From an uncultured Acidobacteriota bacterium (GTDB lineage Bacteria; Acidobacteriota; Terriglobia; Acidiferrales; UBA7541), in the NCBI GenBank assembly GCA_963824515.1, contig CAWGPN010000018.1, positions 54,910 through 118,909 on the forward strand: DNA of 64,000 nucleotides, in the 5' to 3' direction. Under the pieces are notes generated by a model. The model worked only from the letters and a program-made list of their open reading frames with translations, did no database searches and had not been told where the DNA came from. How positions within the stretch are numbered: position 1 is the stretch's first letter; each line of letters opens with the position of its first letter. A program made the translations under genes and the position numbers. Positions 1 to 10,045 of this stretch are shown here, piece by piece.

Positions 1-755
1 AAACGTTAGCAATCAACTCCAGGTCGCGCCTTTGAAATAGCCGAACAGAGTTCGCCTCAGAGCAGGCAATAAGATGAAGCCAGTTACGGAGGACATGCGC
101 ATGGTTGCGCGGAGGAGTCGCGGAAAACTTACAGAGCAACGAGCCGCATCCACAAGTACAAAGCGTATTGGATGGAGGATAGGCTGCCGAAGATAGGGTG
201 GAACGGCGTTAGGGGGGATAGAGAGGAAATCGTGCGCAAGGAGCGCGCGGAGCCAGCCAACGCTGCTGCGTGTTGAAACAAAGCGCAGCGCCTTAGCCCT
301 TCCCGATGAACTTACCGCAGGAGCAAGGAAACATAAGGACAGGAACGTGTGAAAAAATTGAAGAGCGTCTTTTGCGGGAGTAGAAAAATGTCCAGGTGGT
401 CGGGAAAGCTCGCTCATATCGCTTCTAATTGAGATTATTTCAAAACTGCAATCGGCGCTTTCCTGAAATCTTAATTTTTTCACACGTTCCAGACGGGACG
501 TTTCCGAATCATTTTGCCTGAAACTGCGGCTGAGTTCGAACAGCGGTAATCCGTGGTTAGGAAAACGTTCCCTCCCCTCCTGTCCGCTCCAACACGCTTA
601 CGCGTATTCGTATTCGAGCTTCTCAGGATCCACTTCGACGCGCACGCATTTCTGCTGGTTGGCAATCTTTTCGAAGGCTCGAATGTGGTCAGCGGCCCGC
701 TTCTCCAACGCCGCGCGCGTGGTCTCCCCTTGCATGGCGGCAATCCGTGTATTAT

Positions 756-779
756 ATACTGAACCACATGGTTCAGTAT
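756..779. promoter_or_regulatory. Palindromic operator (ATACTGAACCA-ca-TGGTTCAGTAT) overlapping the -10 region and start codon of the ArsR gene
   Basis: Perfect 11-2-11 inverted repeat; TTGCAT at 730-735 and TATATA/TATACT at 753-760 upstream; ATG at 768 lies inside the palindrome. Confidence 0.8.
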
Positions 780-1133
780 GCGAAGACCCGCTTCGATGTC
801 TCGTTCGCCGCGCTTTCGGACGCCACCCGACGCGGCGTTCTGGAGCGGCTCGGGCGTGCTGACGCTTCGATTACGGACCTTGCCGAGAAGTTCCACATGA
901 CCCTGACGGGCATGAAGAAGCATGTCGGCATCCTGGAGCAGGCGGGACTCGTGACCACGGAGAAGGTCGGGCGCGTGCGGACCTGCAAGCTCGGCTTGCG
1001 CCGACTGGAGGAAGAGGCGGCATGGATCGAGAAGTACCGCCAGCTCTGGGCTGCACGCTTCGACGAGCTGGACAACGTTGTCGAGGAACTGAAACAAAAG
1101 GAGAAGGTCGATGGACGCAAGAAGAGAGAGTGA
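768..1133 (+). CDS. ArsR/SmtB family transcriptional regulator
   Basis: FAALSDATRRGVLERL...KHVGILEQAGLVTTEKVGRVR winged-HTH pattern; paired with an SRPBCC gene. Confidence 0.92.
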   Translation: MVQYAKTRFDVSFAALSDATRRGVLERLGRADASITDLAEKFHMTLTGMKKHVGILEQAGLVTTEKVGRVRTCKLGLRRLEEEAAWIEKYRQLWAARFDELDNVVEELKQKEKVDGRKKRE

Positions 1134-1629
1134 GCCTACCCCCATGGAGAACCGCACGACGGTGGAACGGAAGTCCGACAGTGAGCTAGTCATTACGCGA
1201 ACCTTCAACGGCCCGGCGCGCATCGTGTTCGAGGCGTGGACGAAGCCCGACATGCTCAAGCGGTGGTGGATACCGAAGTCGACGGGCATGTCCCTGCTTT
1301 CCTGCGAGTTGGATGTTCGTGTCGGGGGCAGGTACCGTTTCGAGCTCGGCCACGGAACCTCAAAGCCGATGTCGTTCTTCGGTAGGTACATCGAAGTGAT
1401 ACCGAACTCGCGCCTCGTCTGGACGAATGAGGAAAATGAGGACGGTGCCGTCACTACGGTGACGTTCGAGGAAAGAGGTGGCAAGACGCTGCTGGTCCTG
1501 CACGAACTCTATCCCTCGAAGGAAGCTCTCGACAGTTCCATCGCCGGGATGGAGGGTGGGATGCAGGAGACGTTCGCGCAACTGGACGAGCTTCTCGTCA
1601 CTCTGGGAGCGAGCGTGGGACGGTCCTGA
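1111..1629 (+). CDS. SRPBCC/AHSA1 domain protein (start may be 1144)
   Basis: ELVITRTFNGPARIVFEAWTKP..LKRWW, DVRVGGRYRF, RLVWT motifs. Confidence 0.92.
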   Translation: MDARRESEPTPMENRTTVERKSDSELVITRTFNGPARIVFEAWTKPDMLKRWWIPKSTGMSLLSCELDVRVGGRYRFELGHGTSKPMSFFGRYIEVIPNSRLVWTNEENEDGAVTTVTFEERGGKTLLVLHELYPSKEALDSSIAGMEGGMQETFAQLDELLVTLGASVGRS

Positions 1630-1756
1630 AGGCGTCGATCTCGCGGTCGGCAGGCTGACTCTTCACTACGCGGAAGACAACGCCGACTATGAAATGGAAG
1701 TGTGCATTGGGGACGCGGGCTTGCTTGCGGTGCTGGGTTTTTTGGCAGAGGCAAAA

Positions 1757-1872
1757 GCAGGGTCATCCGCGGACGGGTGACCCTGCGTAGGCATATGCAA
1801 GACGGGCACGGCATGCCGTGCCCCTACAAGACGAAAGGCGAAGAGAGGTCCCTCGGCTGCGCTCGGGATGAC
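1757..1872. repeat. Cluster of three REP-like/terminator hairpins
   Basis: GCAGGGTCATCCG-cgga-CGGGTGACCCTGC (1757-1786); perfect palindrome GGGCACGGCATGCCGTGCCC followed by CTAC (1804-1827, GTAG-type REP); GTCCCTCGGCTGCGCTCGGGATGAC (1848-1872). Confidence 0.7.
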
Positions 1873-1876
1873 AGTG

Positions 1877-1987
1877 TTAGTGGATGAAGTTGAGGCCGTG
1901 AGGGATGAGTTGGGGGAAGACGTAGGCGCAGAGCATGACGATGACGCCGACGATTGCGGGAAATTCGGAGAGGAGGGAGGAATTCAT
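1877..1987 (-). pseudogene. Chimeric relic: glcD-like 5' start fused in frame to the lctP 3' end (36 aa, MNSSLLSEFPAIVGVIVMLCAYVFPQLIPHGLNFIH)
   Basis: 1956-1987 is identical to 3926-3957; 1877-1954 matches 5283-5360 with 5 mismatches in 78 nt. Confidence 0.85.
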
Positions 1988-2027
1988 GGTGTCCCGGGAA
2001 ACAGAATACTACGGCAGGTACGGAGGA

Positions 2028-2279
2028 CTACTTTGATTTTGTCAACTCTTGAATATAGGCGCGGATGACCTCCAAGCCCTGTTCGTTGCAGTACCAGCCG
2101 CGACTTGTGGGAGGGAATTCTTGATCGAGAAGAGCGCATCTAACGCGAATTTTTTCGAGGTAAGCATTCTCAAAATGAGTCGCAGAAATGAAGTCGCCCC
2201 AATCCCACTTACCTCCGGTTCCGTCTAAGAAATTCTGCAGAATTTGGGCCACTTCCTCGCGAGTGGGTATTTGGTTCAT
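2028..2279 (-). CDS. Small hypothetical protein (83 aa), possibly an immunity-like helical protein
   Basis: Clean ORF with protein-like composition and lower GC; no diagnostic motif. Confidence 0.6.
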   Translation of the reverse strand: MNQIPTREEVAQILQNFLDGTGGKWDWGDFISATHFENAYLEKIRVRCALLDQEFPPTSRGWYCNEQGLEVIRAYIQELTKSK

Positions 2280-2338
2280 GTCCGACTTGGGAAAGGATAC
2301 TACGGCGGGGAACGGATGGGGAGCCGGGAGCAGCGGCC

Positions 2339-3004
2339 TTACTCGTCCAAAACAAATGTCAGCAATGACTTATTGACCTTGATTTTACGGTTGTGGTACT
2401 CGATGAAGCCCAGTTTTCTAAATTTGTTCATGAAGAAATTCACGCGAGAGCGTGTAGTGCCGATGATTTCCGACAAGGTCTCCTGGGAAACAGGGGGCAG
2501 TTCGTCGTCTAGCTGGTGCTGCACTTTTCCATAGCGGCCGAGCGCGAGTAGGGCGCGGGCGAGCCGTTTCTCGGACGAATTGAAGAGCTGATCGATCAAA
2601 GCTTCCTCGACGCGATTTTTATGATTGAGAATAAACGCGACAAAAGAGTCCGATAATTTGTCCTGTGTGCGGATCATGCCAAGCAATTCGTTTTTGTCGA
2701 TGGCAAGAATGGAAGTGGGCGTAATGGCGGTAGCCGTACCCATGCGGATAGACTGACCGGCCATGCAGCCCTCGCCAAAAAAATCGCTCGGACCAAGCAA
2801 CGCGACTACGGCCACCTTACCCGTCGCGCTAACCACGGAGAATTTTACGTTGCCCTTTTGGATGTACATGACGCTGTGGGCCGCGTCACCTTGGTTGTAA
2901 ATCTGCGCGTCTTTCTCAAACTCAGCAACCTTCCTTGCCATACCCGAAGTATGGAAAAAGGTCTGCGGTTGGAACGATTCCGTATTGGATTTATATAGCT
3001 TCAT
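2339..3004 (-). CDS. Crp/Fnr family transcriptional regulator
   Basis: cNMP-binding GPSDFFGEGC..R..TATA; C-terminal HTH SQETLSEIIGTTRSRVNFFMNKFRKLGFIEY. Confidence 0.93.
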   Translation of the reverse strand: MKLYKSNTESFQPQTFFHTSGMARKVAEFEKDAQIYNQGDAAHSVMYIQKGNVKFSVVSATGKVAVVALLGPSDFFGEGCMAGQSIRMGTATAITPTSILAIDKNELLGMIRTQDKLSDSFVAFILNHKNRVEEALIDQLFNSSEKRLARALLALGRYGKVQHQLDDELPPVSQETLSEIIGTTRSRVNFFMNKFRKLGFIEYHNRKIKVNKSLLTFVLDE

Positions 3005-3038
3005 GCGGACACCGGGAGTGGCCCAACTGGAAGTGAAT

Positions 3039-3665
3039 TCAGTTAGTATCCTTTCTCGGTGTTTCGACTGGCAGGAAGCAGAGGATCTGCTGCTTTAGCT
3101 GCGCATCTACTTCGTCCGCGATAGTCACAACGTCTGGAAGCAACTTGCTGAATTTCACGCGATGCTCATTCTTGTGCAGCGTCGAGAAAATGCTGACCTG
3201 CAGAATGCGGGATTCATCCACGACCATGGCGGCGGTGTAGCCTTGTTTGAGCCGCAGCTCTCCGTGATGACTCGCCGCGACCGAAACCGGAGCTTTCGAC
3301 CCTTTATCCAGGCGCAGCCTGGCGATTACGTCATGGAGGAGCCTCGGAAGATGGCCGGTGCGTTCCTGGAAGTTCAGGCGAATTCGGGAGAGTTCCGGCT
3401 CTTTCTCGACAAGCCCCATCCACTCCTGAATCGTCGGGTCGAGCTGCTGTTCGAGAATGTCGGCCACGGACTCTGTGCCTGCGGAAGCAGTGAGGGGCTC
3501 GTTGCCGCCCACAGGTGAAACCTGAGTTTTCGTCAAGGTAACCTCGTCTCTATCCACACTCAGTATCCCAGCCTGGCAGCGGCAGGTCTGTCCTATAAGG
3601 GATACGTTCCAAATGGGACAAGCGAGCTTTGGGAAGCGCGATTCCGCGAGGAACGTCAGATACAT
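3039..3665 (-). CDS. RsbRD N-terminal-like helical sensor protein (true start probably near 3540)
   Basis: TIQEWMGLV...HLPRLLHDVIARL...HGELRLKQGYTAAMVVDESRILQ pattern typical of RsbRD_N. Confidence 0.6.
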   Translation of the reverse strand: MYLTFLAESRFPKLACPIWNVSLIGQTCRCQAGILSVDRDEVTLTKTQVSPVGGNEPLTASAGTESVADILEQQLDPTIQEWMGLVEKEPELSRIRLNFQERTGHLPRLLHDVIARLRLDKGSKAPVSVAASHHGELRLKQGYTAAMVVDESRILQVSIFSTLHKNEHRVKFSKLLPDVVTIADEVDAQLKQQILCFLPVETPRKDTN

Positions 3666-3734
3666 TCGGAGGGCGCTGTGAAATGGAATGATTAGCTAAC
3701 GATACTGGCAGGGAATTGGTTGCGGCGACACTGG

Positions 3735-3957
3735 GGGCTTGTGCCGGAGCCGCGGGCTACGAAGGGAATTTTTTCGCGATGGCAGAGGCGGAGGATGGCT
3801 TGGACTTCGGCGGTGGAGTCGGGGAGAAGAACGGCGCGAGGCATGGCGCGGAGATAGGCGAGGGCGTCGCATTCGTAGGTGTGGAGTTCGTCGGGGGAAG
3901 TGATTAGGTGGCGGGGCCGATGATGGCGGGAAATTCGGAGAGGAGGGAGGAATTCAT
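3735..3957 (-). pseudogene. glcD: 5' fragment of a glycolate oxidase GlcD-like FAD oxidoreductase, truncated after about 75 codons, one frameshift
   Basis: ELHTYECDAL....PRAVLLPDSTAEVQAILRLCHREKIPFVARGSGTS FAD-binding N-terminus; similarity stops abruptly. Confidence 0.8.
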
Positions 3958-4072
3958 TTTCGGCTAAGGGACAGGGTACTAGGACGAAGAACAGCTGGGC
4001 AGTTGGATGCAATGAGAGAATTTCCGGGCGCGACGAAATGCCAAGTCGAATGGGGTAGGCTCTTGGTAACCG

Positions 4073-5089
4073 TTACACGGGAAGTCCCTCGACGATCGAA
4101 TCGGAGGCAACGGTCTGGACGATTCGATTTAACCGCCAACCCGACGCCGCAAGCAAGTCGCGAAATTGTTTTTCGGTGCGCTCGCATCCGCCGAAAATCA
4201 GCATTTCCAGATCCAGGAACTTGCCCGGGGAGAAATCGTTGCTCGGCTGAATTACGCTGTCCACCACCAGGAGTTTGCCGCCCGAATTTACGCCTTTTCG
4301 GCAGGCTTTGAGGATTTCGATGCACTTATCGTCCGGCCAGTCGTGAATGATGTGTTTCATGATGTACGCATCCGCTCCGGCAGGGACGGAAGTAAACATA
4401 TCGCCGGACGCGAGCGCGCAGCGTTCCATCAGCGGCTTTAGCGGTCCGTTCGCGGCTCCCTCGAGAACGTGAGGTACTTCATAGAGCGTGCCTTGCAAAT
4501 GAGGATTCTTCCGCAGAATCGTCGCCAGCAGAAGTCCGTGCCCGCCGGCGATATCCACGATGGAACGGATGCCCTGAAAATTGTATGCCTCGGCCACGGC
4601 CGGGCCATCAATCATGGAGAGATCGGTCATGGCGTCATTGAAGATCTGCGCTTCCGTGGGACGTTGCTTCAGAAATTCGAAGACGTTTTCGCCGTAAATC
4701 TGGTCAAGCGCCTGCTTGCCGGTGCGGACGCAATAGTCCAGGTGGGACCAGCCGCGCCCGTGCCAATCCCTGCCTACCATGATGGCCAGGGCCCGCAGGC
4801 TGGGAGTCGCATCCTTGCGCAAAACCTTGGACATGGGCGTTTGCGAGAATTTTCCGTCGGGTCCCTCCGAGAGCACTCCGACACTCGCGGTGGCGCGCAT
4901 CAGACGGTAGAGCGCTTGCGGGTGGGCTCCGATCTGGCTTGCCAGCTCCTCGGCCGATCTGGGAGCAGCTTCGATGAGATCCGGGATTCCGAGTTGGGCG
5001 AGGCAGGAGACGGCTCCTGCAACATAAGCGCCGTTCAGTAGCTGGAGCATGCCGACGTGCGCTGGCGGAGTTTGGCGTTGCGGCGTCAT
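4073..5089 (-). CDS. SAM-dependent O-methyltransferase (family 2, with dimerisation domain)
   Basis: VDIAGGHG, GDMF, KHIIHDWPDD, GGKLLVVD, ERT motifs. Confidence 0.93.
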   Translation of the reverse strand: MTPQRQTPPAHVGMLQLLNGAYVAGAVSCLAQLGIPDLIEAAPRSAEELASQIGAHPQALYRLMRATASVGVLSEGPDGKFSQTPMSKVLRKDATPSLRALAIMVGRDWHGRGWSHLDYCVRTGKQALDQIYGENVFEFLKQRPTEAQIFNDAMTDLSMIDGPAVAEAYNFQGIRSIVDIAGGHGLLLATILRKNPHLQGTLYEVPHVLEGAANGPLKPLMERCALASGDMFTSVPAGADAYIMKHIIHDWPDDKCIEILKACRKGVNSGGKLLVVDSVIQPSNDFSPGKFLDLEMLIFGGCERTEKQFRDLLAASGWRLNRIVQTVASDSIVEGLPV

Positions 5090-5282
5090 TCGTTGTTCAC
5101 CTCGATCCTCCGTTTCAGATTTTTAGCTTCGGAAGTATACAGTGAACGATGCAACGCAATTCAACAACATTCGGTTGCCTCCGCTTCCCCGAGAGATTTC
5201 TGGAGATAGCTCTTCTGGAACCAGGCACGATTCATAACGGCACTGCGGGCGAGCAAGTGCGACCCCTAAAGTGGAGAGAAGG

Positions 5283-7045
5283 TTAGTGGATGAAAGTGAG
5301 GCCGTGGGGGATGAATTGGGGGAAGACGTAGGCGTAGAGCATGACGATGACGCCGACGATGGCGGCTAGAGAGACGGAGTGCCAGAAGACGAAGCGGAAG
5401 ATGGAGCCCTCCTGGCCGACCTGATTGGTGGCTGCGGTGGCGATGGTGATGGATTGGGCGTCGATCATTTTGCCCATGACGCCGCCAGCGGAGTTGGTGG
5501 CGGCCATGAGGACGGGGCTGAGACCGAGCTGCTGGGCGGTGATTTTTTGCAGGCCGCCGAAGAGGACGTTGGAGGAGGTGTCGCTGCCGGTGAGCGCGAC
5601 GCCGAGCCAGCCGATGAACGCGCCGAAGAAGGGGAAGAACCAGCCGGTGCGCGTGAAGGCCAGACCGAGGACGGCGTCCATGCCGGAGTAGCGCGTGACG
5701 AAGCCGAGGCCCAACATGCAGGTCATGGCGATGATGGCGAAGCGGAGGCGGAAGAGAGTGCGACCGAAGATTTGAAAAAGTTTCGGCGGGCTTGAGGCCG
5801 AGAATTAGACCGGAGAGCAGAGCGGCGAGGAAGCAGGCGGAGCCGGTGGCGGTGAGCCAGTTGAAATCGAACTTGGCGGCTTCGGCGGTGGGCTGGGCGA
5901 CGACAGGCTTGGCGCGGTAGACGGCGTTGTGGAGATAGGGAACTTCCCAGCCGCCGGATGCGAAAGCGGGAGTGGTGGCTTTGCCCAGCGCGTTTTTGAT
6001 CGACGGAATCCCCCAACACAAAACAAAAATGGAAAGAATGGCAAAAGGCAGCCATGCGCGAGCGACTTGTGCGGCAGAGTAGCGCTTGCCCGCGAGAGAT
6101 TTTTGGCGGAGTTGCCAGTCGTCGCCCATGGTGTCGGTGACGGCAGTTTGGGTTAGGACGGCGGATGCGGTTGTGGCTGCTGCGGCTATCGCGGCGTCGG
6201 CTTCGCGCTCTTCGGGGAAGCGCCAAATGCGCTTGGGCCGCCACACGCGAAGGAAGAGGAGGGTTGAGACGAGAGAGATGATGCCGGCGGCGATGTCGAC
6301 GAGATTGCTATCCATGTAATTGGACCAGAAGAATTGCGTGCCTGCAAAAGAAATGCCGACGACGAGGATGGCGGGAAGGACTTCGAATGGTCTCCGACCA
6401 ACTGACCATGGCACGAACGAGCCAGAAGGGAAGGATGACGGCAGTGATGGGAAGAATGCGGCCGACCATGGCGCTGACGTCGCTTTCGGGAAGAGCCGTG
6501 ACGCCTACAAGCGCGTGAACGGGGATGCCGATGGCGCCGAAAGCGACGGGAGCGGTATTGGCGATGAGGTTGAGGGCGGCGGCCTGAAAGGGCTTGAAGC
6601 CGAGACCGATCATGAAGGCGCCGGCGATAGCGACGGGGGCGCCGAAGCCAGCGCAGCCTTCGATGAACGCGCCGAAGCAAAAAGCTACGAGGAGGAGTTG
6701 CAGGCGGCGGTCGGGAGTGATGGCCGCGACGGACTGCTTCATGATTTCAAATTGGCCGGTGTCGACGGAGATGTCGTAGAGATAGACGGCAGCGATGACG
6801 ATCCAGACGATTTTGAGAAGGCCGTAGGAGGAGCCGTAGAGGAAGCTGGCGATGGCCAGCTCGGAGGGCATGTGGAAGACGAAGATGGAGCACAGGATGG
6901 CAGTGGAGGCGCCGGCGATGGCGCAAAGGTGAACGCGGACTTTGAGACCGGCGAGCAGGCCGAGAAGGACGAGGACGGGAAGAGAAGCGACGAGAGTGGA
7001 AAGCCACCAGTGGTGGAGTGGGTCGTAGACTTGCGTCCAGGGCAA
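5283..7045 (-). CDS. lctP: L-lactate/glycolate permease, split by two frameshifts (near 6390 and 5770)
   Basis: MPWTQVYDP, FGAFIEGCAGFGAPVAI, NTAPVAFGAIG, LTGSDTSSNVLFGGLQ, GGVMGKMI motifs across three frames. Confidence 0.88.
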
Positions 7046-7180
7046 GGAAAGGCCTCCGCGAAGTAGGGGAGTTACCTTCTTGGTGAGCGGTTGTCAAGAG
7101 TTTCGATGGCGGGACGGAAAGCGGAGCGGCCGCGAGAGCTGTGGATAGACCGGGTCTTCACTGGCATCTATACTCTCAGC

Positions 7181-9145
7181 ATGAGTTCGGAGAAAGAGCT
7201 GCACGAAGCGCTGCGGAAATATTGGGGCTACGACGCCTTCCGGCCGTTGCAAGAAAACATTGTTAAGAGTTTGCTTGGCGGACGGGACACGTGCGTGGTG
7301 ATGCCGACGGGCGGGGGAAAATCGCTGTGCTACCAGTTGCCGGCGGCGATTGTGCCGGAGAAAACGGTGATCGTGGTTTCGCCGCTGATGGCGCTGATGC
7401 AAGACCAGGTGGCGCAGTTGACGCAGATGGGGATTCCGTCGGCGCTGCTGAACAGTTCGGTTGCGACGGATGTGCAGTCGTGGGTGGTGCACAAAGCGAT
7501 CGAGGGAGCGTACCGGCTGCTGTACCTTTCGCCGGAACGGATTGCGCGGGAAGATACGTTTGGATGGCTGGGGCGCGTGCCGGTTTCTTACTTTGTGATT
7601 GACGAAGCGCACTGCATTTCGGAGTGGGGCCACGAGTTCCGGCCGGAATACCGGTTGTTGAACCGCTTGCGGGAGCATTTTCCGGAAAAGCCAATCGCGG
7701 CGTTTACGGCAAGCGCGACCCGGCGGGTGCGGCACGACATCATCGAGCAATTGAAGCTGCGCGAGCCGGACAAGTACATCGCCAGCTTTCACAGGCCGAA
7801 TTTGAATTACATCGTGAAGGAATGCGCGGGACGAGTGCAGGCTGAACTTTTGATTCGCGCTCTGAAGAAATATGCGGAGAGCAACGTGATTGTTTACGCG
7901 CCGACAATCGCGCGGGTTGAGGAGACGGTAGATTTTCTGGCGGAGAAGGGAATTGCAGCGATTGGATATCACGGCAAGATGGATGGGGAGACGCGGCGGA
8001 AGAATCAGGAACGGTGGATGTCCGACGAAGTGCGCGTTCTGGTGGGGACGATTGCTTTTGGATTGGGGATCAACAAGGCGGCGGTGCGCGCGGTGATTCA
8101 CCTCTCGCTGCCGAAATCGATCGAGCAGTATTACCAGGAGGCGGGGCGAGCCGGACGCGATGGAGAACCGGCGGAATGTCTTTTGCTTTGGCAGAAGCGG
8201 GATGTGGGTTTGCTGACCTATTTTGTGCAGCAGATAGAAGATGAGGCGGAGAAAACTCGGGCCTGGCAGCGGTATCACGAGATTCGGAGATTCGTGGAAG
8301 CGAAGGTATGCCGGCATCATCAGATTTGTTCGCACTTCGGGGAGAACCGTAATTGGAAATCATGCGGGGCTTGCGATGTGTGCGTTGGGGAGCCGGAATG
8401 GCTGGCAGCGGCTGCCCGAGCCAAGAAAACAAAGAAGCGCAAGGCGGCAGCGGGAGTGAGTGGCGGCAATGAGTTTCAGCCAAAGGAAACCTGGAGCGAG
8501 CCGGGCCGAATTTCAGCAGGGAACTCGAGCGTAAGCGGCCTTGCCGGCGGTATCGACCCTGAGCTACGCGAGTATCTTCGGGAGTGGCGCCGGACGGCCG
8601 CGAGGGAACGTGGCATCGCGGCTTTCATAGTGATGCATGACACTTCGCTTGACGAACTTTGCAGAGTGCGGCCGCGTTCGTTGAGCGAGCTGCGGAGCAT
8701 TTCAGGGTTCGGGGAACGCAAGACGGAATTGTATGGCAAAGAGATATTGGGAGCGCTTGAGGAGTTTGTCCGTGGGGCGCGAGCGGCGAAGCAGGAGGAG
8801 GAAAAAGCGAAGCCAGCGGAAGAGACGATGAGATTGCTGGCGGAGGGGCGCACTTTTGAGGAGATTGCCAAGGCGCGAGGGAGGCAAGTGGGAAGTGTGG
8901 TCGAATTAGTTGTGAGGCTGATGGAAAAAGGAGAATTGGAGTTCCAGCGGAGCTGGGTTGACGCGGATAAGCAAGCGCAGATCGAAGAGGCATGCACGCG
9001 GTTTGGATTCGAACGGCTCAAGCCTCTGAAGGATGCTCTGCCGGCGGCAATAAGTTATGAAGAGATCAGACTTGTTGCGGCGCACCTAAGGTTGGAGCAA
9101 GAAGCGCAACCCGGTGAGCCGAGTAACGCAGGCGGCAAAACCTAA
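7181..9145 (+). CDS. recQ: RecQ family ATP-dependent DNA helicase with HRDC and C-terminal HTH
   Basis: MPTGGGKSLCYQLP, DEAHCISEWGHEFRPEY, QEAGRAGRDG, Zn-binding C..CGACDVC, HRDC. Confidence 0.95.
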   Translation: MSSEKELHEALRKYWGYDAFRPLQENIVKSLLGGRDTCVVMPTGGGKSLCYQLPAAIVPEKTVIVVSPLMALMQDQVAQLTQMGIPSALLNSSVATDVQSWVVHKAIEGAYRLLYLSPERIAREDTFGWLGRVPVSYFVIDEAHCISEWGHEFRPEYRLLNRLREHFPEKPIAAFTASATRRVRHDIIEQLKLREPDKYIASFHRPNLNYIVKECAGRVQAELLIRALKKYAESNVIVYAPTIARVEETVDFLAEKGIAAIGYHGKMDGETRRKNQERWMSDEVRVLVGTIAFGLGINKAAVRAVIHLSLPKSIEQYYQEAGRAGRDGEPAECLLLWQKRDVGLLTYFVQQIEDEAEKTRAWQRYHEIRRFVEAKVCRHHQICSHFGENRNWKSCGACDVCVGEPEWLAAAARAKKTKKRKAAAGVSGGNEFQPKETWSEPGRISAGNSSVSGLAGGIDPELREYLREWRRTAARERGIAAFIVMHDTSLDELCRVRPRSLSELRSISGFGERKTELYGKEILGALEEFVRGARAAKQEEEKAKPAEETMRLLAEGRTFEEIAKARGRQVGSVVELVVRLMEKGELEFQRSWVDADKQAQIEEACTRFGFERLKPLKDALPAAISYEEIRLVAAHLRLEQEAQPGEPSNAGGKT

Positions 9146-9172
9146 ACGAATCGTCTTTGCGCTTTGGCGAGG

Positions 9173-10045
9173 TTACTCGGCGGTGTAGGTTATTTCGAGC
9201 CGATGAATTAGGAAGCAGGAGAGGACAAGAATAGCGACGGTGAGACAGAGCAATCCGAACACGGCAAGGTACGGAGAGACGGGTTCGGCGACAACCGTGA
9301 AGATGGCGAGGGGGCCATCGACGGGTAGAGTGACGGGACAAAGATGCTTCAAATAAAAAGTGACGCTGAGCCGTTGTGCCCAGGAGGGAAAAATCGGAGC
9401 AATGGCTTCCCAACCCATCAGCATGGCTCCGGGGATGATGGGATTTTTGAAGAGCAGGCTGAGAGCGAGAAACACGGCGCCGTAGCCGAGACAAGCGAGG
9501 GCCGTGACGAGGAGATAGGAACCCAATTGACCGAGGCCGGGTCCGTCAAAGACGTAGGATCTGCCCGCTGAACCAAGCCGGCTATAAGTAAGGTAGAAAC
9601 AGGCAAGAACGGCTGTTTCGAAAAGTGCGATGGAAATTATCGCACCGGCAAGAAACTTTCCGACTACCAGGACTTCCTTTCTAACTGGAACGAGAAACTG
9701 ATAGTGGAGCGTGCGTTCGACCATTTCGCCGCGGAAAAGCCAAGTAAAGATGCCCATGCAGGCGAAGAAGATGCCCAGACGGAAATAGTAGAGCTGAACA
9801 ATTCCGGCGAGGACCGTGGTCTCCATCTCAATCTGGTCGGCACCTCTATTCTTATCCACAAAATAGTGGATGGAGATGATGATGACCGGTATCAACGCGA
9901 GCAGGTAAACCCAAATCCTGCGGCGAGTGAAGAGGTTGCGGCGAACTTCGTTGCGCACAAGAACGGAGATTTGACTGGCGTAGAGCCGCCAGGGCTGTTC
10001 TTTGGACCACTTTTGGGCCTGTGCCATTCGATTTTGCGCGCTCAT
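9173..10045 (-). CDS. ABC-2 type transporter permease
   Basis: Multiple TM helices; GE...RTLHY..LVPVRK...GKFLA. Confidence 0.85.
   Translation of the reverse strand: MSAQNRMAQAQKWSKEQPWRLYASQISVLVRNEVRRNLFTRRRIWVYLLALIPVIIISIHYFVDKNRGADQIEMETTVLAGIVQLYYFRLGIFFACMGIFTWLFRGEMVERTLHYQFLVPVRKEVLVVGKFLAGAIISIALFETAVLACFYLTYSRLGSAGRSYVFDGPGLGQLGSYLLVTALACLGYGAVFLALSLLFKNPIIPGAMLMGWEAIAPIFPSWAQRLSVTFYLKHLCPVTLPVDGPLAIFTVVAEPVSPYLAVFGLLCLTVAILVLSCFLIHRLEITYTAE

Noticed and set aside
13-483. 156-aa minus-strand ORF
   Set aside because: Composition not protein-like and no motif
2291-3055. 12-bp inverted repeat GAAAGGATACTA/TAGTATCCTTTC around the Crp gene as transposon ends
   Set aside because: Short, no TSD or transposase, one arm lies inside a coding 3' end; plausible by chance
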